Counted from the first letter of the stretch, positions 20,833-33,640 are shown. The stretch is DNA of 64,000 nucleotides from Candidatus Kapaibacterium sp. (GCA_044224925.1 JBGAJM010000012.1:1510-65509); one strand, 5' to 3'. Translations and numbers: made by a program. The notes: generated from the sequence alone by a model not told the origin.

Positions 20833-22899
20833 GTGGAGGAATCCTTGAAACAGAACAAGCTGGGCAAATACCTGCTCATCATCTTGCCGATCCTAGCGGC
20901 GGCCTATCTGATGTGGCCTACGTACCGCTTCTATCAGCTGGACAAGCAACGCAGCGAGGTGTCCGCCGATTCCGCCGCCCTTGAACAATGGGATGCAGAC
21001 AACGGCGAGGCCTATAACAAGGCGCGCGCCGGACGGATCAAGCTGGGTCTTGACCTTCGCGGCGGGATGTACGTCACGCTCGAAGTGGACATCTTGAAGC
21101 TCATCGACGAGTCGGCCGACCCCGCCTCGAAGGACGACGAGTTCACCAAGATCGTCGAGAAGACCCGCGCCGAAACGATGAACACGGACCTCGACGTGCT
21201 CGATACGTTCATCAAGAACTTCAAGAGCTCCGGTAAGTCGCTGCTGCAGTACTTCACGGTGACGGGCACGCAGGACGTGACCGAACAGGCCGTGATCGAA
21301 AAGCTGAAGCGCGATGCCGACGGTGCTGTTGACCAGGCCATGGAAGTGCTCCGTCAGCGTATCAATAAGTATAGCCTGTCCGATGTGAACATCCAGAAGC
21401 AAGGCGCACGTCGCGTGCTGATCGAGCTTCCTGATGTGAAGGACGAAAAGGAGATCCGCCAACTGATCCAGACCACGGCCCGCCTTGAATTCAAGCGCGT
21501 GCTGATGAACAAGGACCTGCTGACGGCCATTCAGATGGTCGACAACGTGATGCGTGGCAAGATGCCAACAGAGGACACTGTTGCCGCACCGGTGGCAGAC
21601 ACGACGAAGAACGCCAAGGACACAGCCAAGGCCGCACAGGTGGCCAAGGCCGATAGCGCCAAGGCGGACACGACGAAGACGGACTCGGCGAAGAAGAGCA
21701 AGGACCCATATGCAGGTCTGTCGCAAGAAGAGGCCGCACGCCGCTTCCGCGCCGATCACCCGTTCTCGAACATGATCATCTTCAATGCCGAAGGCATGAA
21801 GCAGCCAATGCCGGTTGGTGCCCTGGACCTTTCCGCCTTCCCTGAGAATGCCCCCTTCGTTTTGTATGTGAGTGGTAAGGACATCAATCGTATCACGGCC
21901 ATCCTCGAGCGGAACGATGTTCGCAAGGCCATGCCCGCCGATCTTGATATTCAGATCAGTGCGAAGTCGGAACAGAACGGACAAAAGGGCACCGTGGTGC
22001 CACTCGATCAGCAGATCTTCCAGGTGTATGGTGTTGCACACGAAGCCGAACTCACCGGTGATGTGATCACGGAAGCGTGGCCAACGTTCGACCCGACAAC
22101 GAATCAACCCGTTGTGAACATGGAGATGAGCACGGAAGGTGCCGAGAAATGGGCACAGATCACGGGTCGCAACATCAAGAAGCGCATCGCTGTGGTCCTT
22201 GACGGCCGCGTCTACACAGCACCAACGGTCGAGAACAAGATCCCGAACGGCTCTTCCCGTATCTCGGGTATGGCCAATACAGAAGAAGCGACCATCCTCG
22301 CTGTTGTGCTCAAGGCCGGAGCCCTCAAGGCACCGGTCACCATTATTGAAGAACGTGTTGTTGGTCCATCGCTTGGTGAAGACTCCATCCGCAGCGGTAT
22401 CCTGAGTACCGGTATCTCGATGGCCTTCATCGTCCTCTTCATGCTCATGTATTACTCGTGGGGTGGCGGCTTTGCCGACATGGCATTGCTCATGAACGTG
22501 TTGCTCACCGTGGCGGCCCTTGCCGGATTCGGTGGAACACTCACGTTGCCTGGTATCGCCGGTATCATCCTTTCGACGGCCATGGCGGTCGACGCGAACA
22601 TCCTGATCTTCGAACGGATGCGCGAGGAAATGAAGGCGGGACGGAATCTGAAGTCGGCACTGGAGCAAGGCTACAGCAAGGCGTGGAGCGCCATCATCGA
22701 CTCGAACCTGACGAACATGCTCGCAGCCATTCCGCTGCTGATCTGGGGCACAGGTCCGATCCAAGGATTTGCCGTGACACTGCTCGTTGGTACCATCCTC
22801 ACCCTCTTCACGGCCGTGCTGCTCACGCGCTCGATGTTCGAACTCGTGGTGTCCAGCGGTGCCGTCTCTATCAACATCGGTCAACGGAAGGTGGCATAA
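20833..22899 (+). CDS. secD: Protein translocase subunit SecD
   Basis: LGLDLRGG, VVGPSLG, TLTLPGIAG, AVDANILIFER and AIIDSNLT motifs. Confidence 0.97.
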   Translation: MEESLKQNKLGKYLLIILPILAAAYLMWPTYRFYQLDKQRSEVSADSAALEQWDADNGEAYNKARAGRIKLGLDLRGGMYVTLEVDILKLIDESADPASKDDEFTKIVEKTRAETMNTDLDVLDTFIKNFKSSGKSLLQYFTVTGTQDVTEQAVIEKLKRDADGAVDQAMEVLRQRINKYSLSDVNIQKQGARRVLIELPDVKDEKEIRQLIQTTARLEFKRVLMNKDLLTAIQMVDNVMRGKMPTEDTVAAPVADTTKNAKDTAKAAQVAKADSAKADTTKTDSAKKSKDPYAGLSQEEAARRFRADHPFSNMIIFNAEGMKQPMPVGALDLSAFPENAPFVLYVSGKDINRITAILERNDVRKAMPADLDIQISAKSEQNGQKGTVVPLDQQIFQVYGVAHEAELTGDVITEAWPTFDPTTNQPVVNMEMSTEGAEKWAQITGRNIKKRIAVVLDGRVYTAPTVENKIPNGSSRISGMANTEEATILAVVLKAGALKAPVTIIEERVVGPSLGEDSIRSGILSTGISMAFIVLFMLMYYSWGGGFADMALLMNVLLTVAALAGFGGTLTLPGIAGIILSTAMAVDANILIFERMREEMKAGRNLKSALEQGYSKAWSAIIDSNLTNMLAAIPLLIWGTGPIQGFAVTLLVGTILTLFTAVLLTRSMFELVVSSGAVSINIGQRKVA

Positions 22900-23835
22900 A
22901 TGGACCTTATTAAGCAAACCAACTTCGACTTCGTTTCCCAACGCAACAAGTTCTTCATGGCCTCGCTCACGATCAACATCGTGGGTCTGATCGCCGTGTT
23001 CGTGCTCGGCATGGATCTCGGGATCGACTTCACCGGTGGTACACAGGTGACGGTGGCATTCCGCAAGAACACCGCCACTGCCGACGATGTGCGTGGCGCT
23101 CTTGCCCAGATCGGCTTCGCCGGTGCAGAACTCAAGAGCTTCGGCAAGCCAGGTCAGTACCTGATCCGCATCAACAAGACCGGAAACGCAACCGAAGTAT
23201 CGGCACAGATCGTTGCATCGCTGCAGCAGAAGTTCAAGAACGATCAGGTGGACATGCTGGGTGCGGACAACGTGGAGAAGAAGGTGTCGAGCGAATTGGC
23301 GTGGGGCGCAGCGAAGTCGCTGACCGTTGCCTTTATCGTGATCGTGCTCTACGTGGCCTTCCGATTCGAGTTCGTGTACGGCGTGGCAACGATCGTGGCA
23401 TTGCTGCACGACGTGCTCATGGCCTTCGTGATCTCTGCGCTCTTCAACAAGACGGGCTTGCTCAACCTTGAATTCAGTTTGAATTCGTTGGCGGCCTATC
23501 TGACGATCCTTGGATATTCGATCAACGACTCCGTGGTGGTGTTCGACCGTATTCGTGAGAACCGCGAGAAGCACAAAGGCATGCCGCTGGCAGAGCTGGT
23601 GAATCTCTCGATCAACGAAACACTGAGTCGGACCCTTATCACCGGTGTGTCCGTGCTCGTTGCCCTCTTGACGATGGTCTTCATCGGTGGCGACGTGCTC
23701 GAAGGCTTTGCCTTCACCATGTTCATCGGTGTGATCATCGGAACGTATTCTTCGGTCTACATTGCTGCATCGTTCGTGATCTGGTATCAGGAACGTGTAC
23801 GTCACAAGCGTGTTGGCGACGTGAAGCACGCATAA
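22900..23835 (+). CDS. secF: Protein translocase subunit SecF
   Basis: LGIDFTGG, GYSINDSVVVFDRIRE and TLSRT motifs. Confidence 0.97.
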   Translation: MDLIKQTNFDFVSQRNKFFMASLTINIVGLIAVFVLGMDLGIDFTGGTQVTVAFRKNTATADDVRGALAQIGFAGAELKSFGKPGQYLIRINKTGNATEVSAQIVASLQQKFKNDQVDMLGADNVEKKVSSELAWGAAKSLTVAFIVIVLYVAFRFEFVYGVATIVALLHDVLMAFVISALFNKTGLLNLEFSLNSLAAYLTILGYSINDSVVVFDRIRENREKHKGMPLAELVNLSINETLSRTLITGVSVLVALLTMVFIGGDVLEGFAFTMFIGVIIGTYSSVYIAASFVIWYQERVRHKRVGDVKHA

Positions 23836-23856
23836 GAACGACCAGGAACAACGACT

Positions 23857-25471
<1,615 letters not shown>

Positions 25472-25513
25472 ATGGCCGCACCAGAACGTCGCCCATGATG
25501 TATTTTGGTCGAC

Positions 25514-28500
25514 ATGTCCCTCCGGGCCATCATACTGCCCTTCCTCCTTGCCCTCAGCCTTCTTCCCCTGCAGGCACAGCGCTGGGAGCGTAGCACGCTT
25601 CCGAAGCCATTCGACACCGGCTACTATCTGGATGTGTTCTTTCTTCCGTCCGACACGCGCTATGGATGGGCATGCGACGAGTTCCATGCCTATGTGATCC
25701 GCACCACGAACGGTGGCGTGACGTGGGTGGGCGATTCCGTGAACACAGGCGCCGGCAATACCAAGCATCTTGAATTCGTACAGTTCCTCACACCGGCCGT
25801 TGGCTATTGCTCGGGTCCGGCGGGTGTGTTCAAGAGTCAAGACTCCGGCAAGACGTGGACGTCGGTGCGACCCGATCCTACCGCCAATATCTGGGGCGGA
25901 TGGTTCCGCGATGAGAACGTTGGTTGGATCTGCGGTGGAACATGCGGACGTAATGCCTTTTGGCGAACGGCGGATGGTGGTGCCACATGGACGTCGTTCC
26001 TTGATACCACGAGTGCTCCCGACTGCAAGATGTCCGATCCGATCTGGCGTGCCGAGATGCCCACGAACGTTGTGTATGCTGCGGGCAGCGGGACCATCTG
26101 GAAGTCCACCGATGATGGCGTGACGTTCCAGGTGTACAAGTCCACGGGCGCGATCGCGCGGTGGCACGAAGAGATCTCCATGGTTGGCGCCACGATCTGC
26201 GTGCCGGGTGCCGGTGCGGATTGCAATGGCACGACCACAGCAGGTGCCATTCGTACGAGCGCCGATTCCGGAAAGAACTGGACGGAGTCGCCAACGATCG
26301 GCGCGATGTTCGGTGCCTACATGCTCACCGCAACACATGGCTGGGCCTCTGGCTATAGTGCGGGTGTATACGAGACAACGAATGCCGGCGCGCAATGGAC
26401 GTTGCGCAACTGCGGCATCATCAACGATGAACACATGGACGACATTTGGTTCATCAACGATTCCACCGGTTGGGTGGTCGGCGCCGGCGTCTACTCCTTG
26501 AAACCACCGAAGCACGAACTGTCCGATACGGTGCTGTCGTTCCTTGACGTGTGCAACGAACAGAAGAAGCGCGACACGGTCTACGTGCGCAACAAGAACT
26601 TCTACACGTCCACTGTAACGGGCCGCATCGCCGGTCCTGATGCCGACCTCTTCACGATCATCGCTCCAAACGGAACGCAGTCGATGGGGCAGTGCGGCGA
26701 GGTGGCCTACATCATCGAATATGCAGCGATGCGTCCCGGGTCCGCCTCGGCAACACTGATCCTCGATTGCACGAACAAGACCGAGACGCTCGTGGTGCAG
26801 TTGATCGGATCGCGAAGAGACCGCTCGGCTGTTCCCTCCGACACGGTGTTCTCCGTGAACCTTCGTGTTGGTGCAACGACAACGTTGCCCGTTGTGTGGC
26901 GTGCTACGACATCGTCCTTTGAAACGCTCGTCTCTGCCACGGTTGTCTCGGGCGACACGCTGAACAAATTCCGACTCACGCTTCCGTCCTTGGTGGGAGC
27001 GGCCAACATCGTGAGCTTCATCGATGCAACGGCAAGCGATACGGGGTGGACGCAAACACGCTTCAAGGTGACGATCGCACCATGCATTCGCGACACGTTC
27101 ATCACGCTTCGCGTGTATGGCATCTCGCCGATCTTCAATGCACTCCCAGCCTACACGGTGGATGCCGGATGTTCACCGCGTGATACCATTCGCATTCCGG
27201 TAACGAATACGGGCAATGCCGATCTGTTGGTCTCGCGTGTGAGCGTGACAAACGATGCAGGCGGTGCCTTTGTGCCGTTGTTCTGGCAGAGCGGACGTCC
27301 GTATCCGGTGAACATCAAGCCCAAACAGTCGGACACGCTCGTGGTGGAATATCGCGCGAGGACGACGATGGACCTGGCCGATCTGGTGATCGAACACGAC
27401 GACAAGACAACGAAGCGTGGTGTGCGATCGCCATGGACGATCAAGCTCAAAGGCTTGTCGTCGCGCGTTTCGGTCGACGTGTCGCCACGCGTGATCGATC
27501 TTGGAACGAAGTGTCTGAACCAAGTGGCTGACACGATCTTTCGCGTCACCAATAACGGTCCCGCATCCGCCACTGTCTCGGTGGATGGAGAACCGGATCG
27601 CATTCTCGATCAGTTCGGCACGGCCACGTATCGCAAGCGTGTGCCCACAAATGTGGTGGGCTCGTTCCGCGACACGATCCATGTGCGTGCTCGCCCGTGC
27701 GACACGTCAACGATGGTCATACGCACTTGGAAGGTGGAAGACCTTCGTGTGACGATCACACCACAGCGGATCGAAGACAGTGTGACGAATGGCGGTACGG
27801 TGCGACGTCGCGCTGTGATCCGCGTGAGCGGCGTGACGTCGGCTCGTATCACGAGTCTGCGTCTCCTTCCCGCATCGCCGATGGCCGTGATCTCTCCCAT
27901 GCCAGCACTGCCCGTCTCCCTCACTCCGAACGATAGTCTTGAAGTGTGGATCGATCTCTCGGCCACGGATGCAGGATCCTATGTTGGATCGTTGATCGTC
28001 GACGCTACATCGTCGTGCACGGCAACGGACAAGGCCGACGTGATCTATCGCTCCACGGTGCGTGGACTTCGACTGTCGACGCCACAGATCTCCATCGATC
28101 GACGGTGCGTCACCGGTCCGATGGAAGATTCCATCGTCGTCACGTCGACTTCATCCACCACGATCACCCTTGCCGCCCCGCTCCTTGGCGGAGCAGATGC
28201 CGCCTTCTTCACCGTCACGCCGTCGACATCGCAAGTGCTCGCTCCCGACGCGTCGGTGACCTATCGCATTCGTTGCAGCGCGCCCGTTGTGCGTGCCTAT
28301 GTGGCCGATCTTCAGATTGGTCTTGTCACGGACAGTGTGCGTCAAACAGTGCCGATCCGGATGGCGCAACATCGCACTGCATTGCATTGGGCCACGACAG
28401 AGGCCGATTCGATCGTGCGCATCGATGTAGGAACACGCGATGCCTGCGAGAACGCTTTTGTTCTGCGACGCACGTTGTACAACATGAGCGACACCGTCGT

Positions 28501-29737
28501 GCATGTGCAGCTCGTGCGCGCGGCACCGATCGGTGGCATCGATGGTTCGATGAATGCAACGCCGATCACGATCGCTGCGCAGGACTCCGTCGACGTGGTC
28601 GTGCGCATCGTTCCCAATGCATTGCCCGCCGGTGCATGGAGCGAGCGGATCCATCTGGTGGAAGATCTATGTGGGATCCGTGCGGTGCTCATCGTGAGCG
28701 GTGCAACGAACAGCGGAGCGCTGGTGATGACGCCACCACGCGTTGACTTTGGAACGATCCCCACAGGCGCTACACGCACAGCACCTATCACGATCCGCAA
28801 TCCGTCGAGCGCATCACGCACCATCACATCGATCTCGTTGGATGCGCTGGCATCACCGAGCATCACACTCCTTGCGCCACCGGTGGGAGTGATCGTGCCG
28901 CCATCGGGCTCGGTGTCGTTCGATGTTCGCTTCGCACCAACAACAGAAGGCGCTGCATTGGCAACCATCACGATGGTGGATTCGGGTGCATGTATCACGA
29001 CGAGCACGTCGCTCGTGATCGGTGCGTCGCGCGATTCAACCCCACCGGTGTATGTGGCCACGATCAAGACGGGCCGCTATCTCGAGCGACCGAACACAAC
29101 GATCGATGTGCCGGTGTTGTGGACCACTGATGTGTCGGCGGCGAAGATCGACAGCATGCGCATTCGTTTGCATGTGTATGAATTGCTGTTGGAGGTCGAC
29201 ACGGTCACGTCCACGTATCCGGGAGTGTTCTCGGAAATGCACGTCGACAGTGTTGTCGAGTTCACCATTCGCGCCGACAGTACGCGGCAGCTTGGTACGG
29301 TTGGAACGCTATGCGTCCTCCGCGGCACCACACGTCTTGCCTTGCCCGATTCAACGGCCTTTGTGGTTGCCAACTACAACTTGTGGAGTGCCGACACCGT
29401 TGCCCTTCTCGAAGATCCGGGATACTTGATCGTGGATGCATGCGGTCCGCGCTTCATGATCAAACTCGGAGCCGACGTTCGCGTGCGCATCGCATCGCCG
29501 CAACCCGTGCGCGATGTGCTCACGCTTGCGCTCGACCATGCCCAGGCCGATGTGCTTGACGTTGTGTTGGTGGATATGCAGGGAAGAGAAGTACTGCGTC
29601 ACTCCGTTGCCATCGATGCAGCGGCCACGACCACCTCCATCCCCGTCCACCCGTGCGCATCGGGTGCATACGTGCTGCGCGTGGGCAGTGCGCGCGGAGA
29701 GATCATCTCCACCGCCATGGTGCTGATCGCGCGTTAG
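25514..29737 (+). CDS. Large secreted protein: YCF48/BNR beta-propeller + multiple Ig-like (choice-of-anchor-D) domains + T9SS CTD
   Basis: Signal peptide, repeated S/TxDGGxTW motifs, 'VDFGTIPTG...ITIRNP' Ig repeats, C-terminal ASGAYVLRV. Confidence 0.8.
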   Translation: MSLRAIILPFLLALSLLPLQAQRWERSTLPKPFDTGYYLDVFFLPSDTRYGWACDEFHAYVIRTTNGGVTWVGDSVNTGAGNTKHLEFVQFLTPAVGYCSGPAGVFKSQDSGKTWTSVRPDPTANIWGGWFRDENVGWICGGTCGRNAFWRTADGGATWTSFLDTTSAPDCKMSDPIWRAEMPTNVVYAAGSGTIWKSTDDGVTFQVYKSTGAIARWHEEISMVGATICVPGAGADCNGTTTAGAIRTSADSGKNWTESPTIGAMFGAYMLTATHGWASGYSAGVYETTNAGAQWTLRNCGIINDEHMDDIWFINDSTGWVVGAGVYSLKPPKHELSDTVLSFLDVCNEQKKRDTVYVRNKNFYTSTVTGRIAGPDADLFTIIAPNGTQSMGQCGEVAYIIEYAAMRPGSASATLILDCTNKTETLVVQLIGSRRDRSAVPSDTVFSVNLRVGATTTLPVVWRATTSSFETLVSATVVSGDTLNKFRLTLPSLVGAANIVSFIDATASDTGWTQTRFKVTIAPCIRDTFITLRVYGISPIFNALPAYTVDAGCSPRDTIRIPVTNTGNADLLVSRVSVTNDAGGAFVPLFWQSGRPYPVNIKPKQSDTLVVEYRARTTMDLADLVIEHDDKTTKRGVRSPWTIKLKGLSSRVSVDVSPRVIDLGTKCLNQVADTIFRVTNNGPASATVSVDGEPDRILDQFGTATYRKRVPTNVVGSFRDTIHVRARPCDTSTMVIRTWKVEDLRVTITPQRIEDSVTNGGTVRRRAVIRVSGVTSARITSLRLLPASPMAVISPMPALPVSLTPNDSLEVWIDLSATDAGSYVGSLIVDATSSCTATDKADVIYRSTVRGLRLSTPQISIDRRCVTGPMEDSIVVTSTSSTTITLAAPLLGGADAAFFTVTPSTSQVLAPDASVTYRIRCSAPVVRAYVADLQIGLVTDSVRQTVPIRMAQHRTALHWATTEADSIVRIDVGTRDACENAFVLRRTLYNMSDTVVHVQLVRAAPIGGIDGSMNATPITIAAQDSVDVVVRIVPNALPAGAWSERIHLVEDLCGIRAVLIVSGATNSGALVMTPPRVDFGTIPTGATRTAPITIRNPSSASRTITSISLDALASPSITLLAPPVGVIVPPSGSVSFDVRFAPTTEGAALATITMVDSGACITTSTSLVIGASRDSTPPVYVATIKTGRYLERPNTTIDVPVLWTTDVSAAKIDSMRIRLHVYELLLEVDTVTSTYPGVFSEMHVDSVVEFTIRADSTRQLGTVGTLCVLRGTTRLALPDSTAFVVANYNLWSADTVALLEDPGYLIVDACGPRFMIKLGADVRVRIASPQPVRDVLTLALDHAQADVLDVVLVDMQGREVLRHSVAIDAAATTTSIPVHPCASGAYVLRVGSARGEIISTAMVLIAR

Positions 29738-30684
29738 TGCGCGGGAAAGAGGCGATGCATTGCCTCGTTGATCGCCGTTCGGAACGACTCCTTCGTATCG
29801 TCTGCACAGGTTGCGTTGGCAGAGCGAATGGGCTTGTAGGCAACGGGACTCACCAGCTCGCATAACCGTAGCGTAAGGTCTGCACCCTTGAGCGTACGAA
29901 CGAAGGAACCGATGATCACGTATCGCACTTCGAATGCACGTAACAATCCGATCTCGTTGATCGCCAGCGTCTTGTAATTCTCCACGGCATAGAGTCCGGC
30001 CTTCACATACATCGAGTCGCGCGTTTCAAGATCGATCAGCGTGAACTCGTCCAATGAACTCGCCGCATTTGCAATGGTCTCTGCACCATCGTACGAGACC
30101 ACCACTTTATCGGCGAACAGATTCCATACCTTTTGCTGCGTGGTATCGGTGAACTCCACGCCGCCAATGGCCACGAGTGACGTTGGTGTGACGCGAAAAT
30201 CGCTCTCAGCATTTGCATACAACGTACTGTCATGCATGGCCACACACAATGCACGCTGGATCGACGCTAGAATGGCCGGGTCGGCCATGGCCGATCCATC
30301 CGCATCATTTTTATAGCGCATCAATCCATATCCCACCCCGCGCCCTTCCTCCTTCATCCCATCCTTGGCCGCGATCACCACCTCCGTCCGCACAAGGTTG
30401 CCCACACGTCGCGTGGTGATGAAGAGCGCACCAAAGGCATGCGTGGCATCGATAGCATCGACAACGGTGCGTTTCGATGTTGGGAGGGTGGCAAGGATGG
30501 AGTCGCGAACCACGTTCGGGATGAGCCGCCAGTTGCGCGTCAACGACAGGGCCACGGATGTTCCGGCCTCGACCTTGCCCGCTGTGATGGCCCGATCGGT
30601 CGTGTCCACGTTGATCCGACCGATGACAAAACTCTGATAGATCGTGGCGTGTGCGGTGCCGGAGGGGAGCATTCCGCACAGCAA
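29734..30684 (-). CDS. Hypothetical exported protein (start uncertain: 30768, 30684 or 30672)
   Basis: Long ORF with a hydrophobic segment ending TAHA. The stop overlaps the convergent gene's stop. Confidence 0.6.
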   Translation of the reverse strand: MLCGMLPSGTAHATIYQSFVIGRINVDTTDRAITAGKVEAGTSVALSLTRNWRLIPNVVRDSILATLPTSKRTVVDAIDATHAFGALFITTRRVGNLVRTEVVIAAKDGMKEEGRGVGYGLMRYKNDADGSAMADPAILASIQRALCVAMHDSTLYANAESDFRVTPTSLVAIGGVEFTDTTQQKVWNLFADKVVVSYDGAETIANAASSLDEFTLIDLETRDSMYVKAGLYAVENYKTLAINEIGLLRAFEVRYVIIGSFVRTLKGADLTLRLCELVSPVAYKPIRSANATCADDTKESFRTAINEAMHRLFPAH

Positions 30685-30692
30685 GACGACGA

Positions 30693-30748
30693 GTAACGTA
30701 CTGGTAACATACCGGTAACACCCAGCTAACAGGCTGCCGATAGTTTCG
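30693..30748 (+). promoter_or_regulatory. Four 11-bp-phased STAACR direct repeats (OmpR/PhoB-type operator) followed by a -7 box
   Basis: GTAACG at 30693, GTAACA at 30704, GTAACA at 30715, CTAACA at 30726, then TAGTTTCG at 30741-30748. Confidence 0.65.
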
Positions 30749-30770
30749 TGGTGCTCAGTGACAACCATGA

Positions 30771-33617
30771 ATGAGGTATCCAGTGAAGACGGTGAATTCA
30801 ATTGTTTCGGTATTCCTGTTGGCAGCAATGTGGCCGTTGGCCATGCTTGCCGAGGGGACCATTACAGGCAAAGTTACGGACGGAGAGAATGGCGACGGAT
30901 TGCGGGGGGCCACCGTTCAGGTGCTCACCACGAAGAAGGGCGCCTATACGGACACGAAGGGAACCTTCCGGATCAAGAAGGTACCGGCCGGTACGTATTC
31001 CGTGAAGATCGCCTTTGTGGGCTACGACTCGAAGACGGTGGATGGCGTGGTGGTGAAGGACGACGAGACCGTCACCGTGGACGTGTTGCTGGAGATGACG
31101 AAGACCACGTCGAAAGAAGTGGTCGTCTCTGCCACGCGTTCAAACGATAATGCAGCGGCGATGCTTGCGAAACGGAAGAACGCATCGCAGGTGAGTGACG
31201 GTATCGGGAAGGAAGAGATCTCGAAGCTGCCGGATGGTGATGCCGGTCAGTCGCTGAAGCGCGTCTCTGGCGTAACCCTCGTCGAAGGCAAGTATGTGTT
31301 CGTGCGTGGTGTGAGCGATCGGTACAGCAACACCACGTTGAATGGCGCATCGCTCTCGACCACGGAGCCCGATAAGAAGTCGTTCGCCTTCGACATGTTC
31401 CCGGCGGAATTGCTCGAGAACGCCAACATCGCCAAGTCGTTCACGCCGGATCTTCCCGGGAATTTCTCGGGCGGACTCGTGCAGTTGAACACCATCGATT
31501 TTCCAAGTGCATACAGTCTGAAGTTCAGTGCCGGCCAGCAGTTCAATGACTACGTGACGTTCCATAGCAACGAGTTCCTGACGTATCAGGGTGGAAACAC
31601 GGATTGGCTGGCCTTCAGCGGTCAGTCCCGCGTTGCACCATCGGACGTGCCTGCGTCGCGTCAAGAGTTCGCACAACTGAACAAGGCCGCCTACAGCGGC
31701 GATCAAGCCGCCATCGAACGCGTGCACGAGGTGGGAACGGGCTTCCAGAACGCGCGTTGGAACACGCTGTACGAAACGGCGCCAACGAACGGCACCATGG
31801 GTCTGACGCTGAGTGCACCTATCGAAGTGGGCGACACAGATCAGCTGGGCATCGTTGCCAACATGAACTACGGCATGAGCTATGCGATGAATCGCATGAA
31901 GCGCGGTGGTATTCAATCGGACGGAACGCTGCAATACGACAAGCAAGGGTATGCTGCACAGAAAAGCGTGAGCTGGGGCGGTTTGTTGAACCTTGCCTAT
32001 CGCATGGGAACGAACACCACGGTGTCGCTCAAGAGCGTGTACAACCGAGGCATGGACGACGAATCGGTCGAGCTCGACGGTCTCTCGAACGCCCTCACAA
32101 TGGTACGTCGTGAATTCGGCTTCAACTACGTGGAGCGACAGCTTGCCAGCACGCAGCTCAGCGGTGAGCACACCGTGGCAGATCTCAGCAATGCCCTTAT
32201 CGAATGGAAGCTCGGCTATAGCGCTTCGCTGCGCAACGAGCCGGACTACCGTCGCCTCACGTATCAGCGCAACGTCGAAGAGCCGGAAGGCGCACTGACG
32301 CTAGCGATCACGGCCTCGCCCTATGGCGATGGTACATCGGCAGGACGGTTCTACTCGAACATGACGGAGTACAGTCGCAACGCCAACTTGAACTTCACCA
32401 TTCCGGTGAACGAGTTCAAGATCAAGGTGGGCGGACTCTATGAGTTCCGCAATCGCAACTTCGGTGCACGTTCGTACACGATGATCCAGTCGCAGAACTA
32501 TCAAGGCGACATCGACAACCTTCTCACCATCAACGAGACCGGTCAGGTCGATCATGCACGCACGTTCCAGGATTCGAACTTCACGGTCGACCGTATCCTG
32601 ATGTCGGAAGAGACCAAGGCATCGGATTCCTACATCGCCTCCGAAGAGCTTGGCGCCGGCTATGCCATGGCCGATCTTCCATTCGCGATCGGAACCACCA
32701 CGATGCGATTCATCGGTGGTGCACGTATCGAGAAGAGTGTGCAACAGCTCAACTCCTTTGACTATAACAACCAACCGGTGAATCCGCGCGTGGACGTCAC
32801 CGATGTGCTACCGTCCCTGAATCTCGTGATCGGACCCACGGCCGACATGAACATTCGCATGAGTGCAACGCAAACACTCTCGCGTCCTTCCCTCCGTGAA
32901 TTCGCTCCCTTCTCCTTCTACAATTTCCAGACGCAAGCAGTGGTCACGGGGAATCCGAATCTCACGCGTGCCCTCATCCAGAACTACGATCTGCGCTGGG
33001 AGTACTTCCCGGCATCGGGTGAAGTGCTCAGTGCGAGCGTCTTCTACAAGACCTTCAAGAACGCCATCGAAGAGACCATCTTCCCGTCGACGTCGGAAGT
33101 GATCTACTCCTTCCAGAATGCATCCGGCTTAGCCACCAACATCGGTGTCGAATTCGAAGCACGGAAGAACCTCGGCTTTATCGGCGACTTCTTCAAGCCC
33201 TTCACGTTCTCGGTGAACTATGCCTACATCCGGTCGAACATCACCGTCACGCAAGGCTCTGTGGTGGACGAGCGTCCGATGTGGGGACAGAGTCCGTACA
33301 CATTGAACGCATCGCTCTTCTACACCAACCTGGAATCAGGGTCGACGATCAGTCTCGGATACAACACCTACGGCAAGCGCATCATCAAGGTCGGACAGCG
33401 CGGCGTATATCAGTTCGACGATCCGCATGTGTACGAGATGCCTCGCGACGTGATCGACTTCGGTTTCACGCAAAGCATTGGCGCAAGCCTCGAGTTCAAG
33501 TTCAGTGTTCGCGATCTCCTCAATCAAGCACTTGTCTGGCAACAGGGAGCAACGGCCATTCAGAGCAACATCCGTGGCCGCTCCTTCACCTTTGGTATTG
33601 GCTATAAACTTCAATGA
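30771..33617 (+). CDS. TonB-dependent receptor with N-terminal carboxypeptidase-regulatory-like domain
   Basis: GTITGKVTD N-domain, plug motifs LKRVSGVT...VRGVSDRYS...LNG, barrel ending FGIGYKLQ. Confidence 0.93.
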   Translation: MRYPVKTVNSIVSVFLLAAMWPLAMLAEGTITGKVTDGENGDGLRGATVQVLTTKKGAYTDTKGTFRIKKVPAGTYSVKIAFVGYDSKTVDGVVVKDDETVTVDVLLEMTKTTSKEVVVSATRSNDNAAAMLAKRKNASQVSDGIGKEEISKLPDGDAGQSLKRVSGVTLVEGKYVFVRGVSDRYSNTTLNGASLSTTEPDKKSFAFDMFPAELLENANIAKSFTPDLPGNFSGGLVQLNTIDFPSAYSLKFSAGQQFNDYVTFHSNEFLTYQGGNTDWLAFSGQSRVAPSDVPASRQEFAQLNKAAYSGDQAAIERVHEVGTGFQNARWNTLYETAPTNGTMGLTLSAPIEVGDTDQLGIVANMNYGMSYAMNRMKRGGIQSDGTLQYDKQGYAAQKSVSWGGLLNLAYRMGTNTTVSLKSVYNRGMDDESVELDGLSNALTMVRREFGFNYVERQLASTQLSGEHTVADLSNALIEWKLGYSASLRNEPDYRRLTYQRNVEEPEGALTLAITASPYGDGTSAGRFYSNMTEYSRNANLNFTIPVNEFKIKVGGLYEFRNRNFGARSYTMIQSQNYQGDIDNLLTINETGQVDHARTFQDSNFTVDRILMSEETKASDSYIASEELGAGYAMADLPFAIGTTTMRFIGGARIEKSVQQLNSFDYNNQPVNPRVDVTDVLPSLNLVIGPTADMNIRMSATQTLSRPSLREFAPFSFYNFQTQAVVTGNPNLTRALIQNYDLRWEYFPASGEVLSASVFYKTFKNAIEETIFPSTSEVIYSFQNASGLATNIGVEFEARKNLGFIGDFFKPFTFSVNYAYIRSNITVTQGSVVDERPMWGQSPYTLNASLFYTNLESGSTISLGYNTYGKRIIKVGQRGVYQFDDPHVYEMPRDVIDFGFTQSIGASLEFKFSVRDLLNQALVWQQGATAIQSNIRGRSFTFGIGYKLQ

Positions 33618-33640
33618 CCTGTTTCATAAAGGAACGCTCT

